Assembly: GCF_006345805.1 (NCBI RefSeq)
Contig: NW_021832127.1
Coordinates: 124,001 to 188,000 of the forward strand
Length of the DNA stretch: 64,000 nt
Reading direction: 5' to 3'
From: Octopus sinensis
Taxonomy: Eukaryota
Program-made: the position numbers and the translations under genes
Shown here: in pieces, positions 62,235 through 64,000 of the stretch
Position numbering within the stretch: the stretch's first letter is position 1
Layout of the letters: each line of letters begins with the position of its first letter
The notes under the pieces: generated by a model
Seen by the model: the letters and a program-made list of their open reading frames with translations, nothing else
Databases searched by the model: none
What the model was told of the DNA's origin: nothing

Positions 62235-62999
62235 TGATGTAAAAAAATTAATATGGCTACATTCTCTTGATGAAGTGATGACTTACATCGAAAAAGAAAA
62301 ATTAACTACGCAAAAATAAGCTGGAATTTATCGTTACAAAAAAAGTTTATGAAAAAATCATTCTTATTGTTATCGTAAATTTACCTGTATTTTAAGTTTA
62401 TTCATTTTCTACCTCCAATTCTATCTAGTGATGCAGGAAAAAATTATCTCATCTGTCAAATTGAAAATCGGATTTGGTCTAATCTTCAGATAGAAACTAT
62501 TTCATTTAGATGGACATTAAAAAATTGACCTCAGGAAATTGATTGCGTGTGGAAATTGATTTCGACTTTCTTTTTAAAAATAGGAAATTCAATATACGCT
62601 TTATGGCAATGGCGGGTAAGCTCAACATGCAGCGCGGAACTCTCGCCTTAGCAGAGAGAAGAGACTGTCTTTTATTTGATCAATACGATCTGTCTTTTGA
62701 TACTGATCGCTTATAAGAGCTCGTAAACCACTTTTTAAGAGTACGTTTCGATTCAGCTTCTTTCCCTTGACAAAAGTTGATGGGAGTTCAACTCTCAAGC
62801 AATTTTTGCCAAAAAATTGCCTAGCTAAGTCGTCACAGTTTAATTCGAACATGAGAAACTTTTCGACGATCTTAATCATCCTCTAGTGAACAAATGCAAA
62901 AATGGATTTAATCAAACTTTGATGTCACCACGCAAAGGTTTGAGCAAAATCTCACTGGTAACATCAATAACTTAAAAATTCCTATTAAGAATAAAAAGC

Positions 63000-64000
63000 T
63001 AGAATGGTCACCATCATAATTGAGTCTTAGCTTTAAGATTCAAGACATACAAATTAAAGACTTTTCTTAGGAGAGATGCAAGTCTTTTTTAAACGCTCAG
63101 ATTAGTGGATCTTCTAGACAAGCTTTAGATTTCAAAGGCACATAAAAACTTGATTTTGCAACCGAAACATGGGGACTTTCTCTTTTTGGTAAAAATGTTG
63201 AAGTACAAACTACTGGCAAAATTAAAATGCAAAATGCGCTTGAAATTTCACTTCTAAATATTAAGTTTAATGGAAAAAAATTTAATGCTTTTACCATCTT
63301 TCAACTTCCATTGGAGGTGACTTAATTCGTATGAATAGAGCTCTTCCTTTTATGATCTGCACTTGGCTTAATTTTACTTTGATGTAAAAGAAGAACAAAA
63401 CGGGCACGACATTGAGTTGGATTTAAAAAGCTTTTATCTAAAAATGAATGGGTCGTTTAATGTTTATGACAAATTCGAACTCAAAAGAAATTGTAATCCT
63501 CAAAAAATCGATTAGAAAATTTTCGAAAAAAGAGAAAAAATCGAGAAAACTAACTAAAATACAAAAAGCCCTTGTCATTAAAAAACGCACAGAGGTAGAG
63601 TTCAATGTAGCTCCCTTTGCTTGTTCTATAAGAACTGAAGATGAACTTTTCCCAAAGTAAACACCAACTTTTACCATTCCATTTTTGATGCTAATATAAT
63701 AATCAACTCACTGAATTAAAACATCAAAGAAAATGTGAAGAAACTGCACCTGGCCGATTTGACTTAAACTTACATAAAAAAGCAACAACCTAACCTTTGG
63801 CGTTTGAAATGCAAGGGAATCTAAAACTACAAGGAACAAGAAAAAGTGGACAAATTAAAGGCACTGGTAAACGTGACAATTTTCTGACTCCTTGAGGAAC
63901 GATCGACTTGAAGACATCACCGCATCTATACATGGAAAAATTACATATCTGGCTATTGTTTTCCTCGATTCTCTCTCTTATATCAAAAACCCTTCTGAAG
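63000..64000 (+). mobile_element. Possible degenerate gypsy-type pol (protease to RT N-terminus)
   Basis: Weak similarity only: GGDLI after a beta-rich stretch, FACSIRTEDE and LEDITASIHGKITYLAIVFLDS; many stops. Confidence 0.3.

Noticed and set aside
62622-62879. 85-aa minus-strand ORF
   Set aside because: No motif or splice support was recognised; it cannot be assigned.
1-64000. Prokaryotic, phage or organellar origin; alternative genetic code
   Set aside because: Spliceosomal introns, metazoan-type genes and eukaryotic TEs are present throughout; the intact genes read in the standard code.

Overview
AT-rich animal (metazoan) nuclear DNA, standard genetic code, not prokaryotic; no CRISPR, prophage or tRNA was found. 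The host genes are split by very short GT-AG introns, mostly 22-33 nt. This fits a dicyemid-like miniaturised-intron parasite, but the taxon is an inference. Six apparently intact genes lie in 4-27 kb: CEPT1, LRRC56, a PWWP+IBD (LEDGF/HDGF-related) gene, NUS1, a WD40 gene and STK36/Fused. Most of the rest is nested transposon material: Tc1/IS630, pogo/Tigger, hAT (Buster and Charlie), Ginger-like integrases, a Helitron family, CRE-like, R4/Dong-like, RTE-like and I-group LINEs, and possible piggyBac and gypsy remnants. Pseudogenes include a fused 18S-28S rDNA, a divergent proteasome beta-like gene, and a receptor L-domain fragment abutting a ULK-like kinase remnant. Main observations: (1) DNA-transposon genes (two Buster hATs and at least three Ginger-like integrases) carry their own 24-33 nt introns, mostly at different positions, and one hAT is nearly intact; (2) a Helitron and a TGT...ACA TIR element each have their empty pre-insertion site elsewhere in the window; (3) a near-complete CRE-like retrotransposon has an N-terminal PHD finger. 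All translations, splice calls and family assignments were made by eye from recalled motifs; no database search was run.
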